Origin: Candidatus Staskawiczbacteria bacterium
GTDB taxonomy: Bacteria > Patescibacteriota > Minisyncoccia > Minisyncoccales > Staskawiczbacteraceae
DNA: 64,000 nucleotides
Direction of reading: 5' to 3'
Assembly (NCBI GenBank): GCA_026395175.1
Contig: JAPLZF010000010.1
Location: 4,450-68,449, forward strand
The notes beneath the pieces were generated by a model. That model was not told the DNA's origin, searched no databases, and saw only the letters and a list, made by a program, of their open reading frames with translations. Below are positions 40,462 to 50,483 of this stretch, one piece after another. Within the stretch, counting starts at the first letter, position 1. Each line of letters starts with the position of its first letter. Made by a program: the position numbers and the translations under genes.

Positions 40462-40842
40462 ATGAAAAAAATATTTTTACCAATTATTTTATTTTGTTTA
40501 TTATCAATAATTTTTATTCCTGTTTTAGCAAATGCGCAAGGGCCTATTGTGCAGTGCGGCAATGAAGGGCAGAATGCTTGCGGAATTTTAGATTTTTTTG
40601 CCATGCTTGCAAGAATTTATAATTTTATTGTCCTATACATCGCAACCCCTTTGGCAGTGATAGCTTTGGTAGTTGGAGGAATTCTTTTGCTGATTTCGGC
40701 GGGAAATCCAAATCTGGCAGGAATGGGGAAAAAAATTATCTATGCGGCAATTATTGGATTGGTTTTGGTTTTCTGCTCATATTTGATAATAAATTTTGTT
40801 TTGTCAGCAATTGGATACACAGGAAATTGGCCAAACCCATAA
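40462..40842 (+). CDS. VirB2/TrbC-like (T4SS-type) pilin
   Basis: Signal peptide, C-G...C pair, GG..L.S.G.P.....GKK.I..AIIGL.LV..SYLII. Confidence 0.85.
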   Translation: MKKIFLPIILFCLLSIIFIPVLANAQGPIVQCGNEGQNACGILDFFAMLARIYNFIVLYIATPLAVIALVVGGILLLISAGNPNLAGMGKKIIYAAIIGLVLVFCSYLIINFVLSAIGYTGNWPNP

Positions 40843-40855
40843 CAAATCGTATTTC

Positions 40856-40926
40856 GCCCCCATAACTTAATGGTAAAGTAGCTGCCTCTTAAGCAGCCTA
40901 TGAAGGTCCGATTCCTTCTGGGGGCA
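40856..40926 (+). tRNA. tRNA-Lys(CTT)
   Basis: GCCCCCA...TGGGGGC-A, anticodon arm GCTGC-CTCTTAA-GCAGC; T-loop GTCCGATTC. Confidence 0.92.
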
Positions 40927-41051
40927 CACTTCGTTACGGTCAGCGTAAATTAAAACTTCATCGGAAAAACCGGCGATTTTTTTATTGCATTGCGAATATT
41001 GTGCGCAAGTATTATAATAAATAAAAAATCACTAAATACAATAAAAAAATT

Positions 41052-43178
41052 ATGTTTAAAAATATCAAGCTATTGCATTGCCTAGTTTTTGTATTTGTTG
41101 TTTTGCTGATTATTTTTGTTTTTTCAGCAACCGGGAATAATACTGTTAACTTTGGCATTGACAATATATTACAGTTTCTTAAAGCAGTAATATCAGACCC
41201 CATACAAGATCTTCTACAAAGAATTCAATCGCTTTATGGCGGCACCCCTAATGCCGAAATCTGTCCAACGGGGTATACGCATGCATCTAATGGCAATTGT
41301 GTTCCGATTGTTTGTGAAACAGGGAAAGTTTTGTTAATAGACCGGTGCGTTGACAGCTGTCCTAAAGGATACATTAAAAATGGGGCGACATGCGAGTTTA
41401 ACGGCTGTCCAATTGGATATACTGAAACGCAAGACACAATTTTGAAAGGAAAAAAATGCGTTTTTACAAGCTGCCCAACTGGATATGTTTTGACAGGAGA
41501 TGAATGCATAGGATGCCCTGTTGGACAAACTTTGGTAGAAACTCTTGTAAAAACTAAAATTGAAAACGCTTGTGTCAAAGACTGCCAGCCAGGATATGCC
41601 AGATTTAAAGACCAAAATGACGCAACGGGACAGGCTTATGAATCAGATTGCAGTAAAATTGTCTGCGAACCGGGAAAGATTTTAGTGGGCAATGAATGCA
41701 TCCAAAAAGTTTGCGCAACCGGATATGTTTTGACAGGTGACACCTGCGTTTGCGCAACTGCAGATGATTGCGCGCCTTCTGCTTCTTGCCCTTCAGGATA
41801 TACTGCAACAAGAGAAAATACTTGCATTAAAAACTGCCAAACAGGATACTCTGCGTCAGGAGACAAATGCGTTAAAAATTGTCCCATTGGATGGACTCCA
41901 GATACCATAACGGGAAATGTATGCAATTATGCCGGATGTCCAACAGGATATTTTTTATGGGGAAATTATTGCATTGCAAATTGCAAAACAGGATATGTTT
42001 GGATGCCAGGCGACTATCAGTGCAACAAAAATACATGTTCTGCAAAAGGATATGCTCCAACATATTTGGGAGGACCCTGCGTTGCTTCATGCCCGGCAGG
42101 ATATGTTATGCAGGGAAACGCTTTAACAGCCAAAAAATGCGTCATTGCCTGTCCGTATGGATACGCTCCAACAGAAAAAGGAGATGAGTGTTCAAAAACA
42201 GGAACTTCTGCTCCAGCACCAAATCCTGCGCCAACCCCAACTCCTGCGCCAACCCCAACTCCAAATCCTGCGCCAACCCCAGAGCCTCGGCCTGAAACTC
42301 TTGTTGTCAGTTGTTCTGCCTTGCCAGAATCAACTTCTCTAAACAAAACTGCAAACTTTGTTTCGCTAGTATCGGGCGGAACCGGTTCAAATAATTATAC
42401 TTGGTCTGGAGCCTGCGCTGGCACAAATCCAAATTGTAGCGCGTCTTTTGCCTGGGTGGGAAAACATACGGCAACTTTAAAAGTGGTTTCTGGCGGTCAA
42501 ACAAAAACTGCCAGCTGTGACACTAATGTTGCAACAGCGCCACCGGTAGGAGCAACAACTTTAAGCGTAACAACCGCCAATGGAAATGCGCAATGGGATT
42601 TAACAAATTTACCGGCTGATGTTGGTTATGGAGATGTTGTCTGTAAAGGAACTTACAACGGGAATGCTCCCGGTTTTAATTTTTCCGGTGAAAATTATTA
42701 TGCCTACATTGGACCAAGCTTGGCTCCAAATAATGCCAGGAATTTTAACCCAACAACTGCCGGCTTGCTTGCAATTACCTGCACAGCCGGAAGCCACACC
42801 TGGACCGGAATAAAAAACATTTCTGCAAGTGACATAGTTCCTACCTCAACCCAAACAACGCCTTTGCCTGCAACACCAAACCCTTCTCCTATGACAGGAA
42901 ATATTTCAACAAGCCCAAACCCGGTTTCTCCAGGACAATGCATGCTTATAACTTGGAACAGCGCTAATGCCTCTCATGTTTTTATTTACGGCTATGGATT
43001 TACTCCATCATCAGATAGCATAATGAACTGGGCGGAGATGGTGCCTGCAAATGGTGTCAGACGAATCTGTTTGGAACCAACTATAAAACCACGCCCCTCA
43101 TTTTACTTGTTATATCTTACTGATAATCTTTATAAGGTAAAAACAACATTTGAAGCCGAACTCACAATAGAAAGATAG
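41052..43178 (+). CDS. Cys-rich CPxGY-repeat surface protein with Pro/Thr linker and PKD/Ig-like C-terminal domains
   Basis: N-terminal TM, many CP.GY....C units, PAPTPTP linker, YTWSG.C.G....C, ITWNS.NA. Confidence 0.85.
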   Translation: MFKNIKLLHCLVFVFVVLLIIFVFSATGNNTVNFGIDNILQFLKAVISDPIQDLLQRIQSLYGGTPNAEICPTGYTHASNGNCVPIVCETGKVLLIDRCVDSCPKGYIKNGATCEFNGCPIGYTETQDTILKGKKCVFTSCPTGYVLTGDECIGCPVGQTLVETLVKTKIENACVKDCQPGYARFKDQNDATGQAYESDCSKIVCEPGKILVGNECIQKVCATGYVLTGDTCVCATADDCAPSASCPSGYTATRENTCIKNCQTGYSASGDKCVKNCPIGWTPDTITGNVCNYAGCPTGYFLWGNYCIANCKTGYVWMPGDYQCNKNTCSAKGYAPTYLGGPCVASCPAGYVMQGNALTAKKCVIACPYGYAPTEKGDECSKTGTSAPAPNPAPTPTPAPTPTPNPAPTPEPRPETLVVSCSALPESTSLNKTANFVSLVSGGTGSNNYTWSGACAGTNPNCSASFAWVGKHTATLKVVSGGQTKTASCDTNVATAPPVGATTLSVTTANGNAQWDLTNLPADVGYGDVVCKGTYNGNAPGFNFSGENYYAYIGPSLAPNNARNFNPTTAGLLAITCTAGSHTWTGIKNISASDIVPTSTQTTPLPATPNPSPMTGNISTSPNPVSPGQCMLITWNSANASHVFIYGYGFTPSSDSIMNWAEMVPANGVRRICLEPTIKPRPSFYLLYLTDNLYKVKTTFEAELTIER

Positions 43179-43183
43179 TAAAA

Positions 43184-43208
43184 GACCCTTCGGCAGACGC
43201 TCAGGGTC
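43184..43208. repeat. Palindromic element / terminator
   Basis: GACCCTTCGGCAGACGCTCAGGGTC. Confidence 0.7.
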
Positions 43209-43215
43209 TGACGAC

Positions 43216-43244
43216 TTGCCAAAAGAACAGAAATAGAGTATACT
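43216..43244 (+). promoter_or_regulatory. sigma70-type promoter of rpsO operon
   Basis: TTGCCA-17 nt-TATACT. Confidence 0.65.
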
Positions 43245-43270
43245 AAATAATTATAAATTAACTTATAAAA

Positions 43271-43540
43271 ATGGCTTTAACAACCAAAGAAAAAACAAAA
43301 ATAATAAAAGACGTTAGCTCAAATGAAAAAGACACAGGTTCTGCCGACGTGCAGATTGCGTTGCTTTCAAAATCAATAGACAAGCTGGTTTTGCATTTGA
43401 AAAAACATCCTCAAGACACGCACTCAAAAAGAGGATTAATTAAAATGGTTATACAAAGAAAAAAATTGCTTGCCTATTTGAAAAAAATATCTGAAAAAAG
43501 ATATTCTGCTATAATTAAAAAAATAGGTTTGAAAAAGTAA
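43271..43540 (+). CDS. rpsO: 30S ribosomal protein S15
   Basis: DTGSADVQIALL, HLKKHPQDTHSKRGL..M...RKKLL.YL. Confidence 0.98.
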   Translation: MALTTKEKTKIIKDVSSNEKDTGSADVQIALLSKSIDKLVLHLKKHPQDTHSKRGLIKMVIQRKKLLAYLKKISEKRYSAIIKKIGLKK

Positions 43541-43543
43541 ACA

Positions 43544-44068
43544 ATGCAGCAGCCAAAGCCAAAAGAACAAAGAGTAGAAGTGCTGATAGACGTTCAGAAT
43601 TTATACCACTCGGCAAAAAATCTTTACCATGCAAGGGTTAATTACGGAGAAGTTTTGAAAAATGCAGTAGCCGGAAGAAAGTTTATCAGGGCTTTTGGCT
43701 ATGTTGTGCGCACAAAAACTGGCGAAGAAACGCCATTTTTTGATGCCCTAAGCAAAATTGGCATTGAAACCCGCGTGCGGGATTTGCAGGAATGGTATGG
43801 CGGAGCCAAAAAAGCAGACTGGGATGTGGGCATTGTAATTGATGCCATTAGGACAGCGCCCGGAGTTGATGTGGTTGTTTTGGTTTCGGGTGACGGCGAC
43901 TTTATTGCCTTGGTTGAATATTTAAAAAATATGGGAAAACGAGTTGAAGTGGTGGCATTTGGCAGAACAACTTCTGCAAAGTTAAAAGAAGTTGCCGATG
44001 AATTTATTGATTTAGACGAAGGTTTGGTAAAATTTTTACTGTCCGGCGAAAAACCAAAGAAAAAATAA
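43544..44068 (+). CDS. NYN-domain (LabA-like PIN fold) protein
   Basis: IDVQNL, KADWDVG, SGDGDF, L...ADEF. Confidence 0.93.
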   Translation: MQQPKPKEQRVEVLIDVQNLYHSAKNLYHARVNYGEVLKNAVAGRKFIRAFGYVVRTKTGEETPFFDALSKIGIETRVRDLQEWYGGAKKADWDVGIVIDAIRTAPGVDVVVLVSGDGDFIALVEYLKNMGKRVEVVAFGRTTSAKLKEVADEFIDLDEGLVKFLLSGEKPKKK

Positions 44069-44092
44069 ATAATCGTGCGGTGGGGGAAGAAT

Positions 44093-44602
44093 ATGAAAAA
44101 TTCAATTATAATTCCAAGCGAAAGGATTGTCAGCAAAATTTATATTATCCGCAATAGAAAAGTTATGCTGGATAAAGACCTATCCGAGCTTTACGGAGTT
44201 AAAACAAAAGATTTAAACGCATCAGTAAAGAGAAATAAAAAAAGATTCCCGGAAGATTTTATGTTTCAGCTCACAAAGGAGGAGTTCAAAATCTTGAGGT
44301 TGCAAATTTCAACCTCAAGTTGGGGAGGCACAAGGTATATGCCACTTGCTTTTACAGAGCAAGGAGTTGCAATGCTCGCCAGTGTTTTGAACAGCGACCG
44401 AGCAATAAATGTAAACATCCAGATTGTTAGAACCTTTGTAAAAATCCGCGAGTTTATGACAACTAATGAATTGTTGCAAAGAAAAATGATGGAATTAGAG
44501 AAAAAATATGGCAAATATAGTGAGCAGATAAAGAAAATATTTGGGATATTGAATTTATTGGCGCTAGACGAACCGAAAGAAGAAATCGGATTTAAAAAAT
44601 AG
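44093..44602 (+). CDS. ORF6N-domain DNA-binding protein
   Basis: VMLD.DL.ELYGV, VKRN..RFP.DFMFQLT, AFTEQGVAML.SVL.S..AI.VN. Confidence 0.92.
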   Translation: MKNSIIIPSERIVSKIYIIRNRKVMLDKDLSELYGVKTKDLNASVKRNKKRFPEDFMFQLTKEEFKILRLQISTSSWGGTRYMPLAFTEQGVAMLASVLNSDRAINVNIQIVRTFVKIREFMTTNELLQRKMMELEKKYGKYSEQIKKIFGILNLLALDEPKEEIGFKK

Positions 44603-44623
44603 TAAATTAAAAAATAATTAACA

Positions 44624-44712
44624 GCTAAGCAGAGCATACTAATTCATATTAATGGTACTGATTACTTATAGATAATCTGTATTAATAACATGCATTCGTA
44701 TATCTGCTTCGC
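44624..44712 (+). promoter_or_regulatory. Long stem-loop in pnp leader (putative RNase III/autoregulatory structure)
   Basis: GCTAAGCAGA...TCTGCTTCGC outer stem with inner ATTAAT/GATTA..TAATC pairing, ending 8 nt before the pnp ATG. Confidence 0.55.
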
Positions 44713-44720
44713 AAAGATAT

Positions 44721-46853
44721 ATGACAAAAGATACGTTTGAGATAAAGGTGGGCTCAAAGTCCATCATAATTAAAACTACAAACTGGACAGACCAGGCATC
44801 TGGCTCTTGTTTGATTTCTCAGGGAGAAACAGAAGTTTTGGTAACAGCTGTTTTGTCGCCTCATTTAAGACCAGACTTAGATTATTTTCCTTTAACAGTT
44901 GAATACGAGGAAAGGTTTTACGCTGCAGGAAAAATTTTGGGCTCGCGCTTTATGAAAAGAGAATCAAGGCCCACAGAAGAAGCCACCTTGAATGCCAGAA
45001 TGATTGATAGGGCAATAAGGCCTTTGTTTCCCAAAGATTTTAAAAGGGAAGTGCAAATTATTGTTACTTGCCTTGCATGGGATGGAGAAAACGACCCAGA
45101 TGTTTTGGCTATGATTGGCGCGTCTTTTGCCTTGGCAACCTCAAATATTCCATGGAACGGGCCTTTGGGAGCAATAAGAGTAAGCAAAATAAATGGAGAA
45201 TTTGTTTTTAACCCAACTTACGAACAGAAAAAAGAATCTGCAATGGATTTGACTTTATCTGCCATAAATAAAAATGGAGAAGTTTTGGTTAATATGATTG
45301 AAATGGGTGCAAAAGAAGTTTCTGAAGATGATGTTTTGAAAGCAACAAAACTTGCCGAAGAAGAAATTAAAAAAATTATTGAAGTTCAGCTTTTGGCAGT
45401 CAAAAAAATTGGAAAAGAAAAAGATGAATTTAATCTGGCTGTTGGAATTAAAATTGAAAAAGAAATCAAAGAATGGATGCAAGACAAATTGGAAGATGCA
45501 ATAAATAATGCTCCAGCAGAAGAAAAAAATCTTGGAAAAATTGAATTGTTGCAAGAAGAACTTATAAAATATTTGGAAGAAAAAAATCTTGAAGGAAATA
45601 TAAAAGGACAAGTGCAAGCATTTTTTGAAAAAGAAGTTGAAAGAATAATTGTCAAAAATATTGTTGAAAAAGATAAAAGGCCAGACGGCAGAAAATCAAC
45701 AGAAATTAGAAATTTATCTTGCGAAGTTGCAGTTTTGCCAAGAGCTCACGGACGCGCGGTATTTTTTAGGGGATTGACAAGAGTGCTTTCAGTTTTGACT
45801 TTGGGCGGGCCGGGCGACCAGCAAATAATGGAAGGAATGGAAACCACAGGCAAAAAAAGGTTTATGCACCATTACAATTTTCCTCCATTTTCTTCAGGAG
45901 AGGCAGGCCCGATGAGAGGACCGAGAAGAAGGGAAATTGGGCACGGAGCTTTGGCGGAAAAAGCATTAATGCCGGTTTTGCCAGATGTTGAAAAATTTCC
46001 TTATACAATTAGAATTGTTTCTGAATGTGTTTCTTCAAATGGTTCAACTTCAATGGCTTCAACGTGCGCCGCCTGTATTGCTTTAATGGACGCAGGTGTG
46101 CCAATTAAAGAACCTGTTGCCGGAATTTCTGTGGGTTTGGCAAAAGATGAAGACACAGGAAAATATAAAGTGCTAACAGACATTCAGGGGCCTGAAGACC
46201 ATTATGGAGATATGGACTTTAAGGTTGCCGGCACAAAAAACGGAATTACTGCAATTCAGCTTGATGTAAAAATTGACGGCATTGATAAAAAGATTATGGA
46301 AGAGGCTTTGGCGCGCGCAAAAGATGCAAGATTTAAAATACTTGATATAATAAAGAAACAAATACCAGAACCAAGAAAAGAGCTGTCAAAATATGCTCCA
46401 AAAATATTTACGCTGAAAATTAATCCTTCAAAGATTGGGGAAGTTATTGGGCCTAAAGGAAAAATGATAAACCAAATAATTGAAGAGTGCGGAGTGACGG
46501 TTGACGTGGAAGATTCTGGAATGGTGTTTATTACCGGAATAGATGAAGCCGGAGTCAACAAAGCAGTTGAGTGGATAAAAGGGATTACCAGAGAGGTTGA
46601 AATTGGCGAAGTGTTTCAGGGAAAGGTTGTGAAAATTATGGATTTTGGAGCCTTTGTTGAAATTTTGCCTGGCATGGATGGCATGGTGCATATTTCAAAA
46701 TTTGTGCATGAGCACATAAAAAGCGTTTCGGAAGTTGTAAAAGAAGGCGACATAATTCCTGTCAAAGTAATGGCGGTTGACGAACTGGGCAGAATAAACT
46801 TGTCGGCAATTGACGCAGGATTTAAGCCCCGACCAAAAAATCCCAAACCATAA
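44721..46853 (+). CDS. pnp: Polyribonucleotide nucleotidyltransferase (PNPase)
   Basis: FPLTVEY.E, IDRAIRPLF, HHYNFPPFS, RREIGHG, SNGSTSMAS, GDMDFKVAG; KH and S1 domains. Confidence 0.98.
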   Translation: MTKDTFEIKVGSKSIIIKTTNWTDQASGSCLISQGETEVLVTAVLSPHLRPDLDYFPLTVEYEERFYAAGKILGSRFMKRESRPTEEATLNARMIDRAIRPLFPKDFKREVQIIVTCLAWDGENDPDVLAMIGASFALATSNIPWNGPLGAIRVSKINGEFVFNPTYEQKKESAMDLTLSAINKNGEVLVNMIEMGAKEVSEDDVLKATKLAEEEIKKIIEVQLLAVKKIGKEKDEFNLAVGIKIEKEIKEWMQDKLEDAINNAPAEEKNLGKIELLQEELIKYLEEKNLEGNIKGQVQAFFEKEVERIIVKNIVEKDKRPDGRKSTEIRNLSCEVAVLPRAHGRAVFFRGLTRVLSVLTLGGPGDQQIMEGMETTGKKRFMHHYNFPPFSSGEAGPMRGPRRREIGHGALAEKALMPVLPDVEKFPYTIRIVSECVSSNGSTSMASTCAACIALMDAGVPIKEPVAGISVGLAKDEDTGKYKVLTDIQGPEDHYGDMDFKVAGTKNGITAIQLDVKIDGIDKKIMEEALARAKDARFKILDIIKKQIPEPRKELSKYAPKIFTLKINPSKIGEVIGPKGKMINQIIEECGVTVDVEDSGMVFITGIDEAGVNKAVEWIKGITREVEIGEVFQGKVVKIMDFGAFVEILPGMDGMVHISKFVHEHIKSVSEVVKEGDIIPVKVMAVDELGRINLSAIDAGFKPRPKNPKP

Positions 46854-46871
46854 ATAATTAAAAGTTAAAAT

Positions 46872-47123
46872 ATGTTGACACCAAAAAAAGCAGAAAAAAT
46901 TCAAGACGCTATTTTGTATGAAATGGCTCCAGAAGAAAAGCTTAGATTATCTTTTAGAATCAATGGCAAAATTATTAAAATTGCGCGAGATAAAATGAAG
47001 TTGAAATATCCTAAACTGGATATCCCATCCTTTTCTAAAAAACTTTACGAACATTTTGATAGAAAAGAGGAATTTTATGATAATCTGTTTAATAAATTTA
47101 TGGCAGAGGAATTAAAAATATAA
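46872..47123 (+). CDS. Small hypothetical protein
   Basis: 83 aa; T...A..IQ......M.PEEKL pattern. Confidence 0.65.
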   Translation: MLTPKKAEKIQDAILYEMAPEEKLRLSFRINGKIIKIARDKMKLKYPKLDIPSFSKKLYEHFDRKEEFYDNLFNKFMAEELKI

Positions 47124-47187
47124 AAATAATTAAAATTAATAATATACTCTAAAATTCACAGCTGTGAAAATATGAGTATGAAATATT

Positions 47188-47919
47188 ATGCAGAATAAAT
47201 ATTTAAAATTTTTATTAATTGCGTTAATTGTTGCCATAGTTGTTCCTCAGATAACTTTGGCTGCCTGGTGGAATCCTATGTCGTGGGGAATATGGAACAG
47301 AATTTTCCATTTCCAACAACAAGAACAAAAACAGGAAAAACTAATCGGCGGAGATAAAGATGCACACGGGTGTTTGATTGCAGCCGGCTATACTTGGTGC
47401 GAAGTAAAAAACAAATGTTTACGAACCTTCGAAGAAAAATGCGAAGCTGACCAAACCGCTGGCTGGAAAACATATACAAATACAGAATACAGGTTTTCGA
47501 TAAAATATCCTATAAATTGGGTTATATACAAAGAAAATTCAGAGATTGGGGAGCATAGTGTTTTCTTGGGTCCTGAAGCTAATTATGTACAAAATATAAG
47601 AACTGAAGAATCTGGTTGTTCTGTTATACTGGCTGTTTTTAATAACAGTGAAAAACTTTCTCTTTCTGATTGGCTGGCTAAAAATGATATGTGGAATCAA
47701 AAACCAGTAAAAGGAATAACCAATATAAAAATCAACGGTGCTGAAGGAATAAAATATGAAGGGACCGATTATGGTATGGGTGGTGTGACTCCTATCGGTT
47801 TTGATTCACATGTTTTATTCTCTAAAAATGACAAAATAATAGATATTTTAACTCTTGATAAATGTGCGGATAAAACTAACACAAATAAAATTAATTCTAC
47901 TTTTAAATTTACTAAATAA
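47188..47919 (+). CDS. Secreted protein with GGDKD.HGC module and PsbP-like domain
   Basis: Signal peptide, WWNP.SW, IGGDKDAHGCLIAAGYTWCE..KC, WKTYTN.EY.FSIKYP..W, ISTFKF-like end. Confidence 0.8.
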   Translation: MQNKYLKFLLIALIVAIVVPQITLAAWWNPMSWGIWNRIFHFQQQEQKQEKLIGGDKDAHGCLIAAGYTWCEVKNKCLRTFEEKCEADQTAGWKTYTNTEYRFSIKYPINWVIYKENSEIGEHSVFLGPEANYVQNIRTEESGCSVILAVFNNSEKLSLSDWLAKNDMWNQKPVKGITNIKINGAEGIKYEGTDYGMGGVTPIGFDSHVLFSKNDKIIDILTLDKCADKTNTNKINSTFKFTK

Positions 47920-47925
47920 AAAACT

Positions 47926-48885
47926 ATGGTGACTGTTGACGAAGAAACACAAGCTAGAGAATTTTTGAAACGGGCTGAAATTAGGACAATGAAAAAGGAC
48001 TTAGGCGCCTTGAGAGAGGGCGATGCGTTGAAAGAAAGGGATAAAATTGCCAAAATAAGAACATTGGACGAGCAATTGGAAGAAAAAAGAAAAGCTGAAG
48101 CTGGGGCGACTCTTATTGTGCCAAGCAAAGAAAAAATTGAAAGAGGAAAAGTGCTGACAAGAAATGAAGGCCAGGAAAGAATTGCTGAAAAAGATTTGAA
48201 AAATTATGCAAACGAGCAGGAACGCCAGCAGATATTTTTGCTTGAATCGCAAAGGCTTGGTTTTGAAAAACAAATCGACGCAATTGACAAGGAAAAAGAC
48301 CCTGCTTTGAAGTTGGAAAAAAATAAGCTGTTACTGCAGAAGCGCGACTGGCAGGAAAGATTGAATTCCATATTGGCAGAAGAAAAAAAATTGGAAGGCG
48401 AGCAAAAATTTACCGCGGAAAAACAGCAGTCAACTACAATACCTTCGCAGAGAGAAGCGCTAGAAAAATCAAGGTGGGATTTAGACAAAAAAATACAGGA
48501 AGTGGAAAAAAAGAGATGGGAAGCGGAAAAACAAATTCAAGATTTAGACAGCCGGACCGGCCAGATAGACAAGTCTTCTGACCAACTCATCACAGAAAAA
48601 AATGGGCTTCGAAACAAAGTTTTGGGAGCTGACAAATCATTGAGGGAAATTTATTCTGCTGTGATGGCTCGCGAAGAAGAAAAAAGAAGAGGTCAGGCGC
48701 AAGAACAAATAGCCAGAAAAGAAACTCTGTCAAAAGCAAGGGCGGAAGAAAACGAAAGAGTGCAGAGAGAACAGCGGGGAGGATTGGTTGTGCCCAGGAA
48801 AATAGAAAAACTGGCAAAATCATTTGAAGCGGAAAATGAAGCGCGAAAAAAATTTATTGAAGATGTTAAAGAAGGAACAAAATAA
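47926..48885 (+). CDS. Coiled-coil hypothetical protein (IRTM..D motif)
   Basis: 319 aa, highly charged heptads. Confidence 0.8.
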   Translation: MVTVDEETQAREFLKRAEIRTMKKDLGALREGDALKERDKIAKIRTLDEQLEEKRKAEAGATLIVPSKEKIERGKVLTRNEGQERIAEKDLKNYANEQERQQIFLLESQRLGFEKQIDAIDKEKDPALKLEKNKLLLQKRDWQERLNSILAEEKKLEGEQKFTAEKQQSTTIPSQREALEKSRWDLDKKIQEVEKKRWEAEKQIQDLDSRTGQIDKSSDQLITEKNGLRNKVLGADKSLREIYSAVMAREEEKRRGQAQEQIARKETLSKARAEENERVQREQRGGLVVPRKIEKLAKSFEAENEARKKFIEDVKEGTK

Positions 48886-48901
48886 TAATTAAATAAAAAC
48901 A

Positions 48902-49261
48902 ATGGACAAAAAAATAATTGACGAATTGAAAAAAAAGTTGGAAGCAAATAAAAATTCCATACAGAAAGAATTGGAAAGTTTTGCCACAGAAGACCCAAAA
49001 ATAAAACACAATTGGGATACAAAATATCCAAATAGGGAAGACGGCGACAAGGACGACCAAGCCGATGAAGTGCAGGAATATGACAACAAGCTTTCTGTGG
49101 AATACAGCCTGGAATTGAAATTAAAAGACGTGAATGAAGCTTTAGAAAAAATAACTGAAGGAAAATACGGAATCTGCGAAAACTGCGGGAAAGAAATTGG
49201 CGAAGAAAGATTGCAAGCCTGCCCGGAAGCCAAAACCTGCCTAAAGTGCAACGAAAAATAA
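48902..49261 (+). CDS. TraR/DksA C4-type zinc-finger protein
   Basis: D.ADE, AL.KI..G.YGICENCG..I..ERL.A.P.A.TC..C. Confidence 0.93.
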   Translation: MDKKIIDELKKKLEANKNSIQKELESFATEDPKIKHNWDTKYPNREDGDKDDQADEVQEYDNKLSVEYSLELKLKDVNEALEKITEGKYGICENCGKEIGEERLQACPEAKTCLKCNEK

Positions 49262-49267
49262 AACAAC

Positions 49268-49304
49268 AAAAAATCGTCCTTCGATAAGCTCAGGGCGATT
49301 TTTT
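49268..49304. terminator. Bidirectional terminator built on a CCTTCG..GCTCAGG element
   Basis: AAAAAATCGT-CCTTCGATAAGCTCAGG-GCGATTTTTT. Confidence 0.7.
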
Positions 49305-50406
49305 ATTTGTAGCTTATGTTTGAGCCGACTCTGTATGAGGACAAAGGATTTCTTGCTCCCACAACCTGGAAGTGCACATGGCATCCGGTTGCCTTTCCTG
49401 TCCTGCCCATAAGCCCTATTCTGTCGCCGACATTAACCCTGTCTCCGGGCTTTACAAAAACATTTTCTAAATGGCCGTAATAGGTGACTGTACCGTTTGA
49501 GTGCAAAATTGTAACATAATTTCCCATGCCCAAATTCCAAGAATTGTTGAATACAGCCCTTTCAACTATGCCGGAAGCCGCCGCATAAACCGGAGTTCCG
49601 CATTTGTTGGCAACATCAATTGCATTGAGATAATGGAGTCCCTGCGTAATGAGTCCTTGAGTTGGGAAAATAAAGAAATTGTCAGCCAAAGGAGCCTGCT
49701 TGTTTATTATTGGACTGGCTTTTTTAGGCATCACTCCGCCAGGAATAATTAAAATGTCTCCAATGTAAATGTCGTCCTGATTTGCCAAATCGTTAAAAGA
49801 AATTATGTCGTCTGCTTTTGCTTTGTATTTTAAAGCAATCGCCGACATTGTATCTCCTGATTTCACAACGTGCAAAACTCCGTCCACCGGCAAAATTGCC
49901 AAGCTTTGTCCGGTTTTAATTGCCGAAGAACTTGTCAGCTCATTTGCCCAAAGCAAAGTATTAACAGAAATTTTATATGCATTGGCTATGGATTGCAAAG
50001 TGTCGCCGGGCTGGACAGTGTAATCAACCACATCTTTTTTATTTTGATTGTTTCCTCCAAACACATCTCCCAAAACTTTCCCCGACACAACGCACGGAGC
50101 CGCCACTGCGCAAAGAGTGTTATCTTGCATTATTTTCAAATCAGGAGTTTCCAAAGGAATTGAGTTTGCCTGGCTGGAAAATAAAGTATTGGCGCTGGCG
50201 CTGTTGGTTTCATTAAAAAAAGGATTAAAAAACACAATATGGCTGTTGATTAAGTTGCCCGCATTTGCCGAACTGTCGCAGGACGCATATATTGCTGAAA
50301 ACAAGACAACGGAAACCAACCCAAAGTAAAAAAGGGGATTTTTGAATAATCCCTCAAAATTAGCACCTTTTATCTTTATTAAGAATTTGCTAAATATTTT
50401 TAACAA
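49303..50406 (-). CDS. LysM + M23 peptidase
   Basis: Two LysM (YTVQPGDTL, HVVKSGDT), H..NAID, YGHL, HVHF. Confidence 0.93.
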   Translation of the reverse strand: MLKIFSKFLIKIKGANFEGLFKNPLFYFGLVSVVLFSAIYASCDSSANAGNLINSHIVFFNPFFNETNSASANTLFSSQANSIPLETPDLKIMQDNTLCAVAAPCVVSGKVLGDVFGGNNQNKKDVVDYTVQPGDTLQSIANAYKISVNTLLWANELTSSSAIKTGQSLAILPVDGVLHVVKSGDTMSAIALKYKAKADDIISFNDLANQDDIYIGDILIIPGGVMPKKASPIINKQAPLADNFFIFPTQGLITQGLHYLNAIDVANKCGTPVYAAASGIVERAVFNNSWNLGMGNYVTILHSNGTVTYYGHLENVFVKPGDRVNVGDRIGLMGRTGKATGCHVHFQVVGARNPLSSYRVGSNISYK

Positions 50407-50483
50407 CTTACTTAAAATTTACCATTTTTCAGGCCTTCGGTCAAGAAGTTATACACAGCAAAAAAATATGCTATTATAATGAA

